From: Octopus vulgaris
Lineage: Eukaryota
Assembly (NCBI GenBank): GCA_951406725.2
Contig: OX597814.1
Coordinates: 2,914,001-2,978,000, forward strand
DNA: 64,000 nucleotides
Direction: 5' to 3'
Each line of letters opens with the position of its first letter. Positions within the stretch are counted from its first letter, which is position 1. The notes under the pieces were generated by a model. The model worked only from the letters and a program-made list of their open reading frames with translations, was not told the origin of the DNA and did no database searches. Made by a program: the position numbers and the translations under genes. Positions 12,717 to 27,156 of the stretch are shown here, in pieces.

Positions 12717-13290
12717 ATGAGTATGTATGTATGTATGTATGTATGTATGTATGTATGTATGTATGTATGTATGAATGTATGTATGTATGTATGTATGTAT
12801 GTATGTATGTATGTATGTATGTATGTATGCATGTTTGTATGTATGTATGTATGTATGTATGCATGCATGTTTGTATGTATGTATGTATGTATGTATGTAT
12901 GTATGAATGTATGTATGTATGTATGTATGTATGTATGTATGTATGTATGTATGTATGTATGTATGTATGCATGTATGTATGTATGCATGCATGTTTGTAT
13001 GTATGTATGTATGTATGTATGTATGTATGTATCTGTGTATGTATGTATGTATGTATGTATGTATGTATGTATGCATGCATGTATGTATGTATGTATGCAT
13101 GTTTGTATGTATGTATGTATGTATGTATGTATGTATCTGTGTATGTATGTATGTATGTATGCATGTATGTATGTATGTATGTATGTATGTATGTATTTAC
13201 GTATGCATGTATCTGTGTATGTATGTATGTATGTATGTATGCATGCATGCATGTATGTATGTATGTATGTATCTATGTATGTATGTACGT
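12717..13290. repeat. (TATG)n microsatellite array
   Basis: Visible tetranucleotide repeat. Confidence 0.95.
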
Positions 13291-13301
13291 ACATGTGTAT
13301 A

Positions 13302-13690
13302 TAACTTTGATAACTTTGATAGGTTTCGGCCAGTATAGGCCCAGGCCATGTCTAACTCAATAGCACCACCTGGTGAAATCTTTTAGTCATATATGGGACA
13401 TCATGGCCCACTTTAACAAAGAGTTATTATTGTTGGAAAAGTATCCGAGTGTAGAAGGTTGGTCTCGCAGTTTTTGAAGAAATTTGTCCAGTGAACATTT
13501 GAATTTTATGGGATCCATTTCCGTTATTACGACTTTTGGTATTAAAGGGAGCCGGACCGGTTGAGGTAAAGAAGTTCTGACGTAATGTTGCTAAGTGTCC
13601 TTAGTTCGGTTTTTGTAGTGGATATCGTGGTAATTTCATCGTTATGCGCAATGCTAATTAAACTTGTAGTCATCAGCTAACGATGGTGCC
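13302..13690 (-). mobile_element. CR1-like LINE 3' fragment
   Basis: 3' UTR CCAGGCCATGTCTAAC..ATAGCACCACCTG is shared with 28360-28900; short-repeat tail (TAACTTTGA)x2. Confidence 0.55.
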
Positions 13691-14028
<338 letters not shown>

Positions 14029-14249
14029 ATCTCTGACGGATGTGATGTCGTTTCAGCTCCGAAGGTAATCATTTATTTTGACTATTTAAAAGTGTATATT
14101 GACAAACATTTTTTGCTTAAAAGTTGTACAACAACATCCACTGTAAACCTTTGATAAATATCGACACAAAATTTTGCCCCTTGTGGGCAAAATTTAAAAA
14201 AAAAATTCTCATAGCCTTCGTGGTTTCATTTAGCCATTTTATTTCCAAA

Positions 14250-16386
14250 ATGGCCACTGACCACCACGAGGCTGAGTTGCAAGTCAAGCGTGACGGAGAA
14301 ACAGAAAAACAGGATGCTCTGTTAGCATACGCCGAACCTGACAACTCCACCACCACCAACAGCAACAAATACAAAACAAAGGCCGCAAGGCCAAGCACCG
14401 TCAACACCATCAGTGAGTCCACCACCACCACCAACACCATGGCAGAATCTGCTACTAAAACTGCTATCCCTACTAAAGATATTGCCACCAATAACAACAC
14501 CAACATCACCATCACCGCCACCAAAGACCGTGCCGTCAATGCTACAAATACTACCAACACCACAGCCGTCACCAAGAACGACAATAACAACAACAACAAC
14601 GACGACAACAACAACTCCTTCAACCACTGCTCACTCCATCACCAACAAGTGAAAAAATAACGACGACAAGCAAACGAAATGTCGAATTTTGCCCTAGTGC
14701 AGGACTAAAGTACGCAGGCAATTTTCCACCCCTTCCTACTTGCACGATCGAACCTAACACACCAATTTTACAAACTGCAGCCAACAACATCACCACAAGC
14801 AACAACAATAACAAAACAACAACAAATTTCGCTGAGGCGATTAAAGAAAAAAAAACAACAATATACTTTACGGCTCAACAATTACAGGACACGAACATCA
14901 AAATAACAGAATCAGAAGGTATCGTAAAAATTAACATACCAGAAGATATTTTGGAAAATGAAAAAAGACGAACAATCATTTATAAAATAGTTAACAAAAA
15001 ACAAAAATCCCAGAGAAGGCCAACACAGGCAAAATAGAGAAGTGCCTGAAACCCATCTGGGATCACAAAGAATATGTAACCTGGTGGAACAAATTTGCCC
15101 ACATACAAGTCGTTTTCTACACCGAAGAGTTAGCTAGACATTTCTCAACGCTAACTCTTCACTCAGATGAACTCCAACTTACACCAAGCTATCGGGGACA
15201 GAAAGTGACTAAGATCACTCTAAACAATGTCCCCAAAATAGCCAATAGTCTATGGCTTGTAAAGGCTTTATGCATAAAAATGGCGAATTATACTATTTTG
15301 GAAACCACAGTCACAGAGCATAAAAACTGGGTGGGAAAGAAAATAGAATTTCTTCTACATATACATCATGAAGATATAAAAAAAATACCCACCCAGATAT
15401 GTGTATCAGACGACCACAAGTTATATGTGGTCGTCGATGGCAGAAGACCACGTTGCTACATATGCGGCAGTGAGCAACATCTCAAAAAAGACTGCAAATC
15501 TGCCGCAAGAAAACAACAGCAGCCGGAAACAAAAACAAATAAACAAGGTCTACTACCCACACCACTTTTTGCAGGAACAAACCTCACCAAACAAACAACC
15601 ACACCAACTGCAGCACCAAGAACAGAAGCAGCATCACCAACAACAACAACCAAGAATATACCAACTCCCAAACCAAGGACATCTGCCAAAAAGACACCCA
15701 GCATAAATGAAGAAACAATTACAACTCCAAATCCCCACAAAATTGAGACCCTAAACAACACAACAATACCCACAATCACTCAAACACAAAATACCCAAAC
15801 CCCACATCCAAAACCGCACACACCACAACCAAACGCTCACCAACCAACACCAACAACAAAACCAACACAGTCGACAATAGACCCCAATACTTTCCCTCTT
15901 CCAGACTCCGATTCGTCTGATCTGTCATTAGACGAAGAAGACACGGAAGATTGGCAAATAGCCACAGGGGGGAGAAGAAAAAGGGGAAAAAAAAGAAAAG
16001 AAAAAATAACAAACAAAGCGGGAAGATACACCACTCCCGAAACAAAAACATCCACAGAAAACACACACATCAACACAAACACACCATCATCAAACCCCCC
16101 AAAAATGTTGACAGCCATAAACACAAACAACCACGACCTAATGGAACACATTAGGTCAAACACTAACATTACTGAAAACGACATAAAAACAAGTAACCAC
16201 CCACACACAACACCACCACAACACATTAAAATAATACACGTGACACAGAACACATACAGCACCCTGAAATCTCTTTACCCTGATGCAGTAGGGAGATTTC
16301 AAAAGTACTCATCAAAAAAACTGTATAAAAGCCTCATAGAAGAAGACCGTGAGGTGAAAGACAAAGAACTTTCGGAAAACAAGTAA
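14250..16386 (+). CDS. LINE ORF1 (gag-like, zinc knuckle), frameshifted in this assembly
   Basis: ATG at 14250 (MATDHHE) and a Thr/Asn-rich N-terminus. The frame can be followed across shifts near 14600-14655, 14850 and 15000 into 15205-16386, which contains CYICGSEQHLKKDC (CX2CX4HX4C) and the basic NLS-like GRRKRGKKRK. Confidence 0.75.
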
Positions 16387-16428
16387 CCTTTTCTCTCTCC
16401 TTTTCCTTTTTTGCACTTTTATCGGAAC

Positions 16429-19400
16429 ATGCTCAGAATAGGTAGTATAAATGTACGTGGCTTGGGGTCGCCTTGGAAACAAGGCTACCTGTTAAATGAC
16501 ATCAAGTCACTAAATCTGAATATCATAGCCATCAGTGAGACCAGACTCCACAGCTTGCGGGCACTCCAGCACATTTTCGGTACACATTTCAACATTTATT
16601 TTTCTCCGTGTCTACCGAGAATGGGCGGAGGTGGCACCGCGGTGCTTATCCGGAAGAGTCTGGATCTCAAAGTAAGAGCAAATTTCCTAGACCCGGAGGG
16701 TAGGCTGGTCGTTTTGGATGTCGATGGCAGCAATGAGTGTGCTTTTCGACTGATAGCAGTTTATGCTCCGTCCTTAACAGGCCGACCAGATTTCTTTCGA
16801 CGTCTAGAGTCTTTCATGGGAACGTCTCGTCCTTTACTTTTAGTGGGGGATTGGAATGCCACCCTGGACACGCATCTAGACTACGTGGGCAGAGATAGCA
16901 ATAGAAGGGGATGCAAATGCCTCAAAGACCTGCTCAGACGTTTCCAACTGTCTGACAGGTACCGACTGGACCACCCGAATGTGCCAATGTGGACATGGAG
17001 TAACCGCATCGGGTCGTCCAGATCATACTTAGATAGAGTATTCTGTAGGACAATAGATAAAAATAGTGTAGGTTGTCCACAATTTCATATAGTCAGTTAC
17101 ACAGATCACAAGTTTGTGACTTGTACACTTGACTTAGATAAGACACATAGGCAGGGTCCTGGTTACTGGAAACTGAACGCGTCTTTTACAGCACGACAGG
17201 TTTACAGGGACCGGATCAGCACATTAGTTAAGAGAGCTTTGACGGGTACCATCATCAACAACAGATGGTGGTATTCCCTAAAAAAGCGATTAAAGCAGAA
17301 TCAGTCAGATACAGTAGAGCCCTAGCATTAGACCGAAATAGAGTAGAGGGAGAATTAGTTAAGGTTTTAGAAGAGGCACTTAGAACTGGCATCGCGTCCA
17401 ACGTACTGGCGGCGAGATTGGCCCTCGACCAACACCTCAACGCCAAACACGAGGGATGCGTTGTCAGAGCTAGGATGCGTGCTCTGAGGAACGAAGGAGT
17501 TGGAGCCGCCCAAGAGGCCCGAGTGGTGGAGACGCAACGAGGCAACAGAGCCACCATCAAGTCTCTTATAGATGAACAGGGGCGCGAATTACTCGAGCCT
17601 AAAAGGATGTGTGGGGTTTTTCAACAACACTTCACCCAACTGTTTGGGACAAGTGGTGAGTCAGAAAGCAGAGTGGACTTTAGTGCCTACCTGCATGCCT
17701 TGCCACGACTCTCAGCAAGGGAGGTGGAGTCTTGTGAAAAGCCTATCACAGCTGCGGACGTACAGGATGCGATGGTAGGCTGCGCGAGAGACAAGTCACC
17801 AGGCTTGGATGGTCTGCCCTACGAATTTTATTTTCATATGCCAGACTTGTTTGGAGGCGTCTTGGCAGCTGTCTACTGCAACTGGCAGCAGAACGGGAGT
17901 ATTCCTGCTTTTGTAAAGCGAGGAGCAGTGGCACTGATCAAGAAAGACCCAAACAAGGGGGACGTCATAGATAATTTCAGGCCCATCACTCTGCTCAACG
18001 CAGATTTGAAAATTTTGGCCAAGGTGTTAGCCGAGAGGTTGGCGCTTGTCATCAAGAAACTAATCGACAAGGCGCAAACATGCGCCGTGCCGGGTAGAAG
18101 TATTCATGACAACCTCCATCTGATGCGCTACATCATAGACAGGGTAGTTAAAAATCCTGGCATGGGTGGGGCGCTGATCAATTTGGATCAATCAAAAGCC
18201 TTCGATAGGGTAGACCATCACTACTTGGAGGCTGTCCTCAAAGCGGCTGGTTTCGGTCCAGTTTTCCGCAGTTGGATCGCTGCCTTATACAGCGGCATCC
18301 GCTCAGTAGTTCGCGTAAATGGTCATCTATCCAGACCTTTTAACATCATGCGTTCGGTTCGTCAAGGATGCCCCCTCTCATCGCTGCTGTATGTACTGAC
18401 TCTTGAGCCACTACTGCGGAAACTGGCGACGCTGAGGGGCATCCCACGAGAGCTGGGATGCGGGAGGAGCGTGTCTGCATACGCGGATGACGTCACCGTC
18501 ATAGTGTCGAGCTACGAGCACATCGAGCTGGTCGGCGAGACACTGAAAGAATACGAAGCGGTAACGGGAGCAAAAATTAACCGGGAAAAGTCAGTGGGCT
18601 TGCGGCTCGGCACCTGGAGAAGCAAGCCCATGCCGTCCAACAGCGTCTCCATCGTGGGACGCTGGACGGACGGACCGGTTAAATTGCTCGGGGTCTGGTT
18701 CGGTCCGGACCTCCAAATGGAGAAGAACTGGGGCGAGATAACGACTAGGGTGGCTACTCTCACCCAGAAATGGACTGAGAGAAAGCTATCCCTAAAAGGT
18801 CGGGCGGAGGTGGCGAACGCGTACATCGCATCCGTCATCGAGTACCGTCTGACCGTCGTGCCTTGTCCCGACCCTACCATCACCAAACTGGAACGCATAC
18901 TCTTCCGCTTCTTGTGGAAGGGAAACGTTCCGATGGTCAGGCGATCCATTTGCTGCCAACACCCGCTAAATGGAGGGCTGGGCATGCCGTGGTTGATGAT
19001 GCGCAGACATGCGCTGAGACTGCGACATCTCCGGCGCTTCATAGACAACGGTGAACAGGGGTGGTCGCCTTTTGTGCGGCGCGCTTTCCCGCAGCTCGTC
19101 TCCTTGGACGAACTACAGTCATGGATCAAGCAGAGACCGAGGCTAGGCGAATGGCACCGTGAGTGTCGCGTTGCTCTCAAGCAACTCTGCCGTCCGGGAT
19201 CGAACTTGTGCGACTCCATCACAACAAAGGCATTCTATAGAGGATTAGTGGAGGGGAGGTGCGACGACGAACTCGGGCAGAGTCTGGGCGTCGACGAGGA
19301 ACACCTGACCCGCCTGTTCAGGACAACTTTCGGGCCGGGACCTATGAACAATCACCAAAGATCCCTGGCCTGGCAGTGCTATCGAGAAGCATTACCTGTT

Positions 19401-19864
19401 CGGGATAAGCTCTACAGACACGGTTCCAGACACACTGGACCGACTTGCCCGAGATGCGGTCAGAGCGACGAAACCGTTCTGCACGCACTCGTGCAATGTC
19501 CAACCATTTCCGACCTGTGGGCTTATGCCGAACGGCTGCTGTCACGTGTGGGACGAATCCGCCTATCGGCCGAGTCTATCGTGAGAATTGCTCCCCCCCT
19601 TCCCTCAACCGGGAAGGCAAGGCAGTTTTCATCGTACTGGTGGCCATGGTGAAAGAATGTGTGTGGTGGACTCGAGCGAAAGGATTAGAGACAAACACTT
19701 ACCTCTCTGGCCATTCGCTCATCAACTTTTTCAAGTACCACTTGAAAAGGAAGGTGAGAATGGAGAGGGAAGTTTTGTCTCGCGAAAGATTCAATAAAAG
19801 ATGGGTGAATGTTGCAAAGATGGTGCGTGCTAGTAACGAAACCATTTTGAGCATGATCCTGTAG
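16429..19864 (+). CDS. LINE ORF2: AP endonuclease, reverse transcriptase and C-terminal CCHC; two single-base frameshifts
   Basis: APE motifs SINVRGL, ISET, VYAP, GDWN, SYLDRVF, TDH. RT motifs KSPGLDG, NFRPITLLNADLKI, LDQSKAFDRV, RQGCPLS, YADD. C-terminal CPRC...H...C. Frameshifts near 17283 (A-run) and 19597 (C-run). Confidence 0.92.
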
Positions 19865-20162
19865 ATCGTAAAAAAGAAAGAAAGAGAGCATTTTTGACCT
19901 CATGTGTTTATTTCCTCCCTGACTGGGGTTCCCGTGGTCTTTTCTGTAGGCTTTTCTTCCCACGGATGAACCCAATCTTGTTATATCAATGTTTACACCA
20001 TTATTTCTGTGATACACGATTTTCTTTTTTCCTTTTTTTCCTCCTCTCGATCCCTTTTGATCGCAATCTTACATTTTTATTTTTTTCCACCCTCGAAAAG
20101 AAAAGCTCTGCATTTGTATTTGTCCCCTCTGTATTCAGCCCTGTGTGGCTAATAAAAGAAAG

Positions 20163-20390
<228 letters not shown>

Positions 20391-21307
20391 CCATTTATTT
20401 ATTCATCTATCACACACACACACATATATATGCACGCACACACGTGCACACACACATATACACATATATATGTATGTATGTATGCATGTATGTATATGTA
20501 AATATATATATGTAAATATATATATATATATATATATATGTATATGTATACACACATCTGTATGTATGTTTGGCTGGCTGGCTGGATGGATGGATGCATA
20601 TGTGTATATATTGCTTATTAACATTTAATTCCTCACTCTAAGACCATTTTTGGAATCGTTTTATATTCTATCCGTAAGAAACTTCTGTAAAATTTTCGCG
20701 CTTTGTTACACCACCAAATGACTTTTATTATTCCATATTGCTAATGTTCTTTCAGCAGACTAGATTCCAGTGGCATAACCATATTTTTTCAATTATCACC
20801 ATTCCTCTTATATAGCCAACTTTTATGACATTTCTGTGTATCTTCAAGAATTGGTTTCCGTTCGGAAACTTTCTTCATCTTTAATTCTTTCGTTTCGTGG
20901 CAATTATTTTACATTTTCGAAATATCTTTGAATCTCATTTGGAATCCCTTATGTCTGAGGGTGTTAATGATAAGTTTGATTCTTCTGAGATTTGGCACGG
21001 ATTCTCAGGGGAGATGTCATTCATTGTGAAATTCTGTGCTTGACTCATAATTTTTATTCTCTTTCAAAAACCTACAAAAAATCTAAAATTATATCGCAAT
21101 AAGACCATTACGAATTAAGGTTTCAGAAAACAGTTTTTGATATTTTAAATGCGACTGTTGTTCTTGTTATTATTCCTATTGGTGTTGAAGTTGTAGTTGT
21201 TGTTGTTATTGCTGTTATTTTAGGTATTGAAGGTGGTGGCATTGGTTGTGGTGCGTCGCCGTCGTCGTTGTTGTTCAACTTCTGTCGAATCTGAAAGAAC
21301 TGACCAA

Positions 21308-21538
21308 TTCCTTTATTACCCACAAGGGGCTAAACACAGAGAGGTCAAACAAGGACAGACAAACGGATTAAGTCGATTACATCGACCCCAGTGCGTAACT
21401 GGTACTTATTTAATCGACCCCGAAAGGATGAAAGACAAAGTCGACCTCAGCGGAATTTGAACTCAGAACGTAGCGGCAGACGAAATACTGCTGAGCATTT
21501 CGCCCGGCGTGCTAACGTTTCTGCCAGCTCACCGCCTT
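21308..21538 (-). mobile_element. SINE family C (tRNA-like head, Deu/Nin-like central domain)
   Basis: Reverse strand AAGGCGGTGAGCTGGCAGAAACGTTAGC...GAGTTCAAATTCC...CTTTCATCCTTTCGGGGTCGATTAAATAAGTACCAG. Confidence 0.85.
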
Positions 21539-22182
21539 CGAGCCTGAAAAAACTAACCTATGATCAGATCAGAGCTGTTCTATTTGTAACCATCCTGGCC
21601 TTTTCTCTACCCAGGACTACATTTTCCAATCAGTCCTTCATTTTTAAAGCGATAATAGTGTGATTTGAAGAAGATTTGGCTGCTTTTCTTAATGGGCCTA
21701 TCGACTATATAGACCAATGGTCGGCAGCGTAGTCAATATTGACCCTCGTGGGGATTTATATGGCTACTCAAAGGGGTATAAACACCTAGTCATTACAGGT
21801 GCTGGATATTAGCGAACTGAATCTGAAAGACTGCAAAAATTTATGGCTAAGATTTAATAATATCCAGCCATGAAATATTCCGTGTTTATTAATAAAATAG
21901 TGATTGAATTTTAATTGTTCTTTATCACTTTGAAAAGGACCTCCTTTCAGTTTCTTTCAATATTTGTTTTTAAGAACGTAGTAATGGCACAAAGGAAAGA
22001 AGGAAGATTTTAAATGAAGAAATATTAATTTGTTATAATTTTTAATATTTTAGAAATTACGTGATGTAACCCGAAGTGTAACTGAGACCTGGATTTCGGT
22101 TTGGAAAGTCTTCGGGAACAGTAAATGTATGGAAGGCTTTAACAGTTAAATGGCAATCGAAGAATACACGTTCTTACGATGC

Positions 22183-22229
<47 letters not shown>

Positions 22230-22565
22230 CAAGATAAGAAAATGGAGAAATACATCTAAATCAAATATCAATTATCAGATAATACTCAATCACATACTTT
22301 ATTAAACCACCACATAAGAGACTGTAGGGTTAAACATAAAAAAGCAGAACAAATCAGTGTACACAAAGGAATGTACATAAAAAAGTGTACATAAAAGAGT
22401 AATGTTGTATAATAAGTAGAATATATATAAAAAAGAGAATATAAATATAAGTAAATATAAATATAAGTATAGATTTACGTATTAACTTTGTTGGGTACTT
22501 CACTAGCAGTATATTGGATATATGTTATCCCATGGAGGGTTGCATTTACAACCCCTACCTCAATT

Positions 22566-22658
<93 letters not shown>

Positions 22659-22668
22659 AGAGAGAGAG

Positions 22669-22745
<77 letters not shown>

Positions 22746-23204
22746 CACACGTATATACATACATATATATATATATACAAAATGGGACAAAACGCAAAAC
22801 ATCCAGAAGACGATACAAAAAACACGGACGGGTCATTCGAACCCTTTAATCTTCAGTCAAGAACCGGATCATCCTTGCAATTTCGGCCAAGTATTCATAC
22901 ATATAAAAGTATCTTTGCCTCGTGTATCTGAATGTCATACAAAGTATGGCTGCAGGTAACAAATGAGTGAAAATAGGAATTAAAAAATGGGATTCTTTAC
23001 GTAAAGATGAAACCAAATGCCGCTAAGCTTCTACCCTTCTTCACTGTATATATTAATTAATTAATTAAGCCTATCAAAAAAATAACTGTAAATACGTAAA
23101 TACATATGTAAGTGTATACGTGTGGCTATAATTATCATATATACATGTATATATATATACATAAATAGAATCTGTATATGTATGTATGATTGTATACATG
23201 AATA

Positions 23205-23348
23205 TAGGTAGGTAGGTATGTAGGTAGGTATGTAGGTAGGTAAGTAGATAGGTAGCTAGGTAGGTAGGTAGGTAGGTAGATATGTAGGTAGGTAGGTAGG
23301 TAGGTAGGTAGGTAGGTAGGTAGGTAGGTAGGTAGGTAGGTAGGTAGG
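23205..23348. repeat. (TAGG)n microsatellite
   Basis: Visible tetranucleotide repeat. Confidence 0.9.
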
Positions 23349-23464
23349 GTGCAAAGTGTGTATGCATGTATCAGTCTGAAATGAGGTATATATCAATTCT
23401 GACAGTGATAGATACAAGACAGACATCTAAAAGCAAAAATTCAATCAAACCAAGAAAATGAAAT

Positions 23465-23498
<34 letters not shown>

Positions 23499-23589
23499 GT
23501 ATATATATATATATATATATACATACATGTATGTATAATATATACATACAGGCACCTGTACTCACACACAAATACATACATACATACAT

Positions 23590-23672
<83 letters not shown>

Positions 23673-24046
23673 CACACACGTACATCATTGTGTTTATAAT
23701 TACCATTGAAGGTACATAAAGTAGAATGGTGTTTCTCTTCATTTCATATAAAATTCATTTATATAAGCAATTACACTACCTCCCAAAATAGAATAGCTCT
23801 CCGTATCTTAGCAGAACATAATGGATGTTATATCTTCCAATAAATTGGTCCAGTTCTTATTAGATAGATTCTCATATTTACCATTATGGTTCACATCTCT
23901 TTTAATGACGTTATTTCTCGCTTTGTTTTATTCCTCTCGTCTTTTATTTTTTCTGTATTTTTTTTATTTTTTATATCTTTCATATTTTTGTCTGCTTTCG
24001 GTTCTTTTTGTTGGTTCAATTTTTGTTGTTGTTGTTGTTGTTGTTG

Positions 24047-24082
<36 letters not shown>

Positions 24083-24157
24083 ACGTGCACGCGCGCGCGT
24101 CTTATTAGTTTTTGTCTCATTTTTGTGTTTTTTCCAATATTGAAGCACTTGGTTATA

Positions 24158-24199
<42 letters not shown>

Positions 24200-24334
24200 T
24201 AGATGTATATATATACATACATATATATATAAATATATATATATACATACATACATACAAGCGTACAAACATATGTACATATATACATATATATATATGT
24301 GTGTGTATAATATAATAATATATATACATATATG

Positions 24335-24373
<39 letters not shown>

Positions 24374-24406
24374 CATATATGTATGTATATATATTTACTA
24401 ATAAGA

Positions 24407-24438
<32 letters not shown>

Positions 24439-24498
24439 GTATATATGTGTATATATATATTTGTATATATGTATATATATATATATACATATATATGT

Positions 24499-24549
<51 letters not shown>

Positions 24550-25004
24550 AGTATATGTGTGTGTGTAGGTATGTGTGTGTGATGAGGGTGGTGGTGGTGG
24601 TGATATTTTTCCATCTATTTTCTTTCCATTTCATTCCTGACATATTTTGCTTTTTATTCTTTTATTCTTTTACTCCTTTATTCTTTTATTCTTTTATTCT
24701 TTTATTTATTTGTATATTCGACAATTCGTTTGAATAGTCAAATATATATTTTTTTTTCTGTATTGTTTTATTTTCTGCTTATTTATTTCCTTTCGATTTT
24801 GGCAGCGAGATACTCCGGTGAAGGATAGAGCAACTGAAGTTATATACATCCGTATGTATACAAATATTCCCACATCCCTACACACATGCCTATTTTTCCA
24901 TGTGTGTGTATAAATAAATGAATATTTCACATATACATACATGTATGCATATACACATACACATATATATGTATACATATATATTCATACACACACACAC
25001 ACAT

Positions 25005-26298
25005 ATGGTCTTTCCCGTCGGTTTTCACGTATGAGGCTCCGACACGTACTCTTTGTCAGTCATAATGCTTATGTCGAATGTGACATTTAAGTCGCTCCAC
25101 CAATTTGCAAAGAAGGACGAGGATAACAGGTCAGTGTAGGTGGTATTTTTGCAGCGAGCAGCGTCGTGCTGGCAGAATCGTTAGCACGCCTGGCGAAATG
25201 CTTAGCCGTTTTTTGTCTGCCGTTACGTTCTGAGTTCAAATTCCGCCGAGGTTGACTTTGCCTTTCGTCCTTTCGGGGTCAATAAATTAAGTACTAGTTA
25301 CGCACTGGGGTCGATATAATCGACTTAATCCGTTTGTCTGTCCTTATTTGTCCCCTCTGCGTTTAACCCCTTGTGGGTAGTAAAGAAATAGGTATTTTGT
25401 CTGCTGTTATTTTCTGAGTTCAAATTCCGTCGAGGTCAACTTTGCCTTTCATCCTTTCGGGGTCGATTAAATAAGTACCAGTTACTCATTGGGGTTGATG
25501 TAATCGACTTAATCCGTTTGTCTGTCCTTGTTTGTCCCCTCTGTGTTTAGCTCCTTGTGGGTAGTAAAGAAATAGGTATTTTGTCTGCTGTTATTTTCTG
25601 AGTTCAAATTCCGTCGAGGTCAACTTTGCCTTTCATCCTTTCGGGGTCGATTAAATAAGTACCAGTTACTCATTGGGGTTGATGTAATCGACTTAATCCG
25701 TTTGTCTGTCCTTGTTTGTCCCCTCTGTGTTTAGCTCCTTGTGGGTAGTAAAGAAATAGGTATTTCGTCTGCTGTTATTTTCTGAGTTCAAATTCCGTCG
25801 AGGTCAACTTTGCCTTTCATCCTTTCAGGGGTCGATAAATTAAGTACCAGATACGCACTGGGCTCGATATAATCGACTTACTCAGTTTGTCTGTCCTTGT
25901 TTGTCCCCTCTGTGTTTAGCCCCTTGTGGGTAGTAAAGAAATAGGTATACTTGCAGCCCCTTTTCTTCTTTTCCTTGCATTCCGAAGTCTGTTAATGCAG
26001 GTTGCAACAATGTTTTTAATACCATTTTGACAGATCGATCTCTCTTTTATTCGTTCCAAGGCTGTTCGCTCAAAGGTGGTGTGAGTTATCTTAATCCCTA
26101 AGCGGCTACTCTTCAGCTTCTCCTTATATCTAAGCCATGGTCAACCAACATTCCTGTGTCCACTCTCAAGCTGGCTGTGCATGAGGACTTGGGGTATTCT
26201 TTCGTCACTCGTTCTGACGACATCGCCGACACAGCGCAATTGTGATCGTATGAAGAAGCTCACGATTTCCCCAAACAAGCTAAACAAGCCGCCATTTC
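25005..26298 (-). pseudogene. RTE (BovB-like) LINE C-terminal relic interrupted by a SINE array
   Basis: Reverse frame [43 protein letters not shown] resembles the RTE motif LRWxGHVxRMxDxRIPK...GRPxLRYKD. Confidence 0.65.
25156..25943 (+). mobile_element. SINE family C with tandem array of 184-bp internal units
   Basis: One head followed by units restarting with GGTATTT at 25391, 25575 and 25759. Imperfect TSD GGTATTTTTGCAGC / GGTATACTTGCAGC. Confidence 0.9.
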
Positions 26299-26318
26299 AT
26301 ATAAGTATATACATATAC

Positions 26319-26490
<172 letters not shown>

Positions 26491-26493
26491 ATA

Positions 26494-26865
26494 CAATTGA
26501 ACCTCATTGTACGAGTAATTTGCTATACGAACTGATACTCATGCGAATTTTTGTCTTGAAGTACAAGTGGAAATCCACAATACGAGCGCACAAATCGTCC
26601 CATCTTTAAAGTAATTCAGTTAATAAAACCACTTTACATATTTCTTTTGCAATCTCTTTTCTTTATAATTGTCATTCTACTTGTAATTACATCTTTTCTG
26701 TTTTAAAACACATAAAAATTTATTTTTTGAGTGATTTTGTGGGGCTGGAATGGATTAATTATATTTTAATTAATTTCAATGGGGAAAATTGATTTGTAAA
26801 ACGAGTAACTCGTAAGACGAGCTCGGTCATGGAACGGATTAAACTCGGACTGCGAGGTATCATTG
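26494..26865. mobile_element. Tigger/pogo-like MITE
   Basis: TA-flanked imperfect TIRs CAATTGAACCTC / GAGGTATCATTG, with typical subterminal ACGAG/CTCGT repeats. Confidence 0.5.
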
Positions 26866-27120
26866 TATATACAAATTTGTGTATATACATATACATATTT
26901 ATATATAAACACATATATGTATGTATGTACGCGCATGTCCGAGTGTGTATTCTCTGAGTCTGCATGTATTTGTGTTTATCCGTTGTCTAAAGAATTTTAG
27001 GCGCAATTCGAAACATTACCAAAATGAATGTCATATTTTGGACTTGTATTCTAGAGTCCACTCTGCTAATTGTTAAAAAGAAAACGAAAGATCCAGAGAA
27101 TTCTCTTTCTATTAGTCATT

Positions 27121-27156
<36 letters not shown>

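Noticed and set aside
14029-14070. CTGACGGA...TCCGAAGG at the Tx1 5' end as a possible ribozyme
   Set aside because: The core deviates from CUGANGA/GAAA, there is no stem I or III, and no HDV-like fold is evident by eye.
18512-19222. 236-aa antisense ORF within ORF2
   Set aside because: Expected shadow ORF of a GC-richer coding strand; no recognisable motif.
20630-21100. AT-rich segment that might be a degraded coding relic
   Set aside because: No motif could be recognised with confidence.
22775-22895. Minus-strand CTGAAGA and CCGAAA near a TA repeat as a hammerhead
   Set aside because: The boxes are in the wrong order or lack consistent stems; at most a decayed PLE terminus.
25207-25943. 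Regular 184-bp periodicity suggesting a CRISPR-like array
   Set aside because: Whole units are repeated with no unique spacers and there are no cas genes; this is a eukaryotic SINE-derived array.
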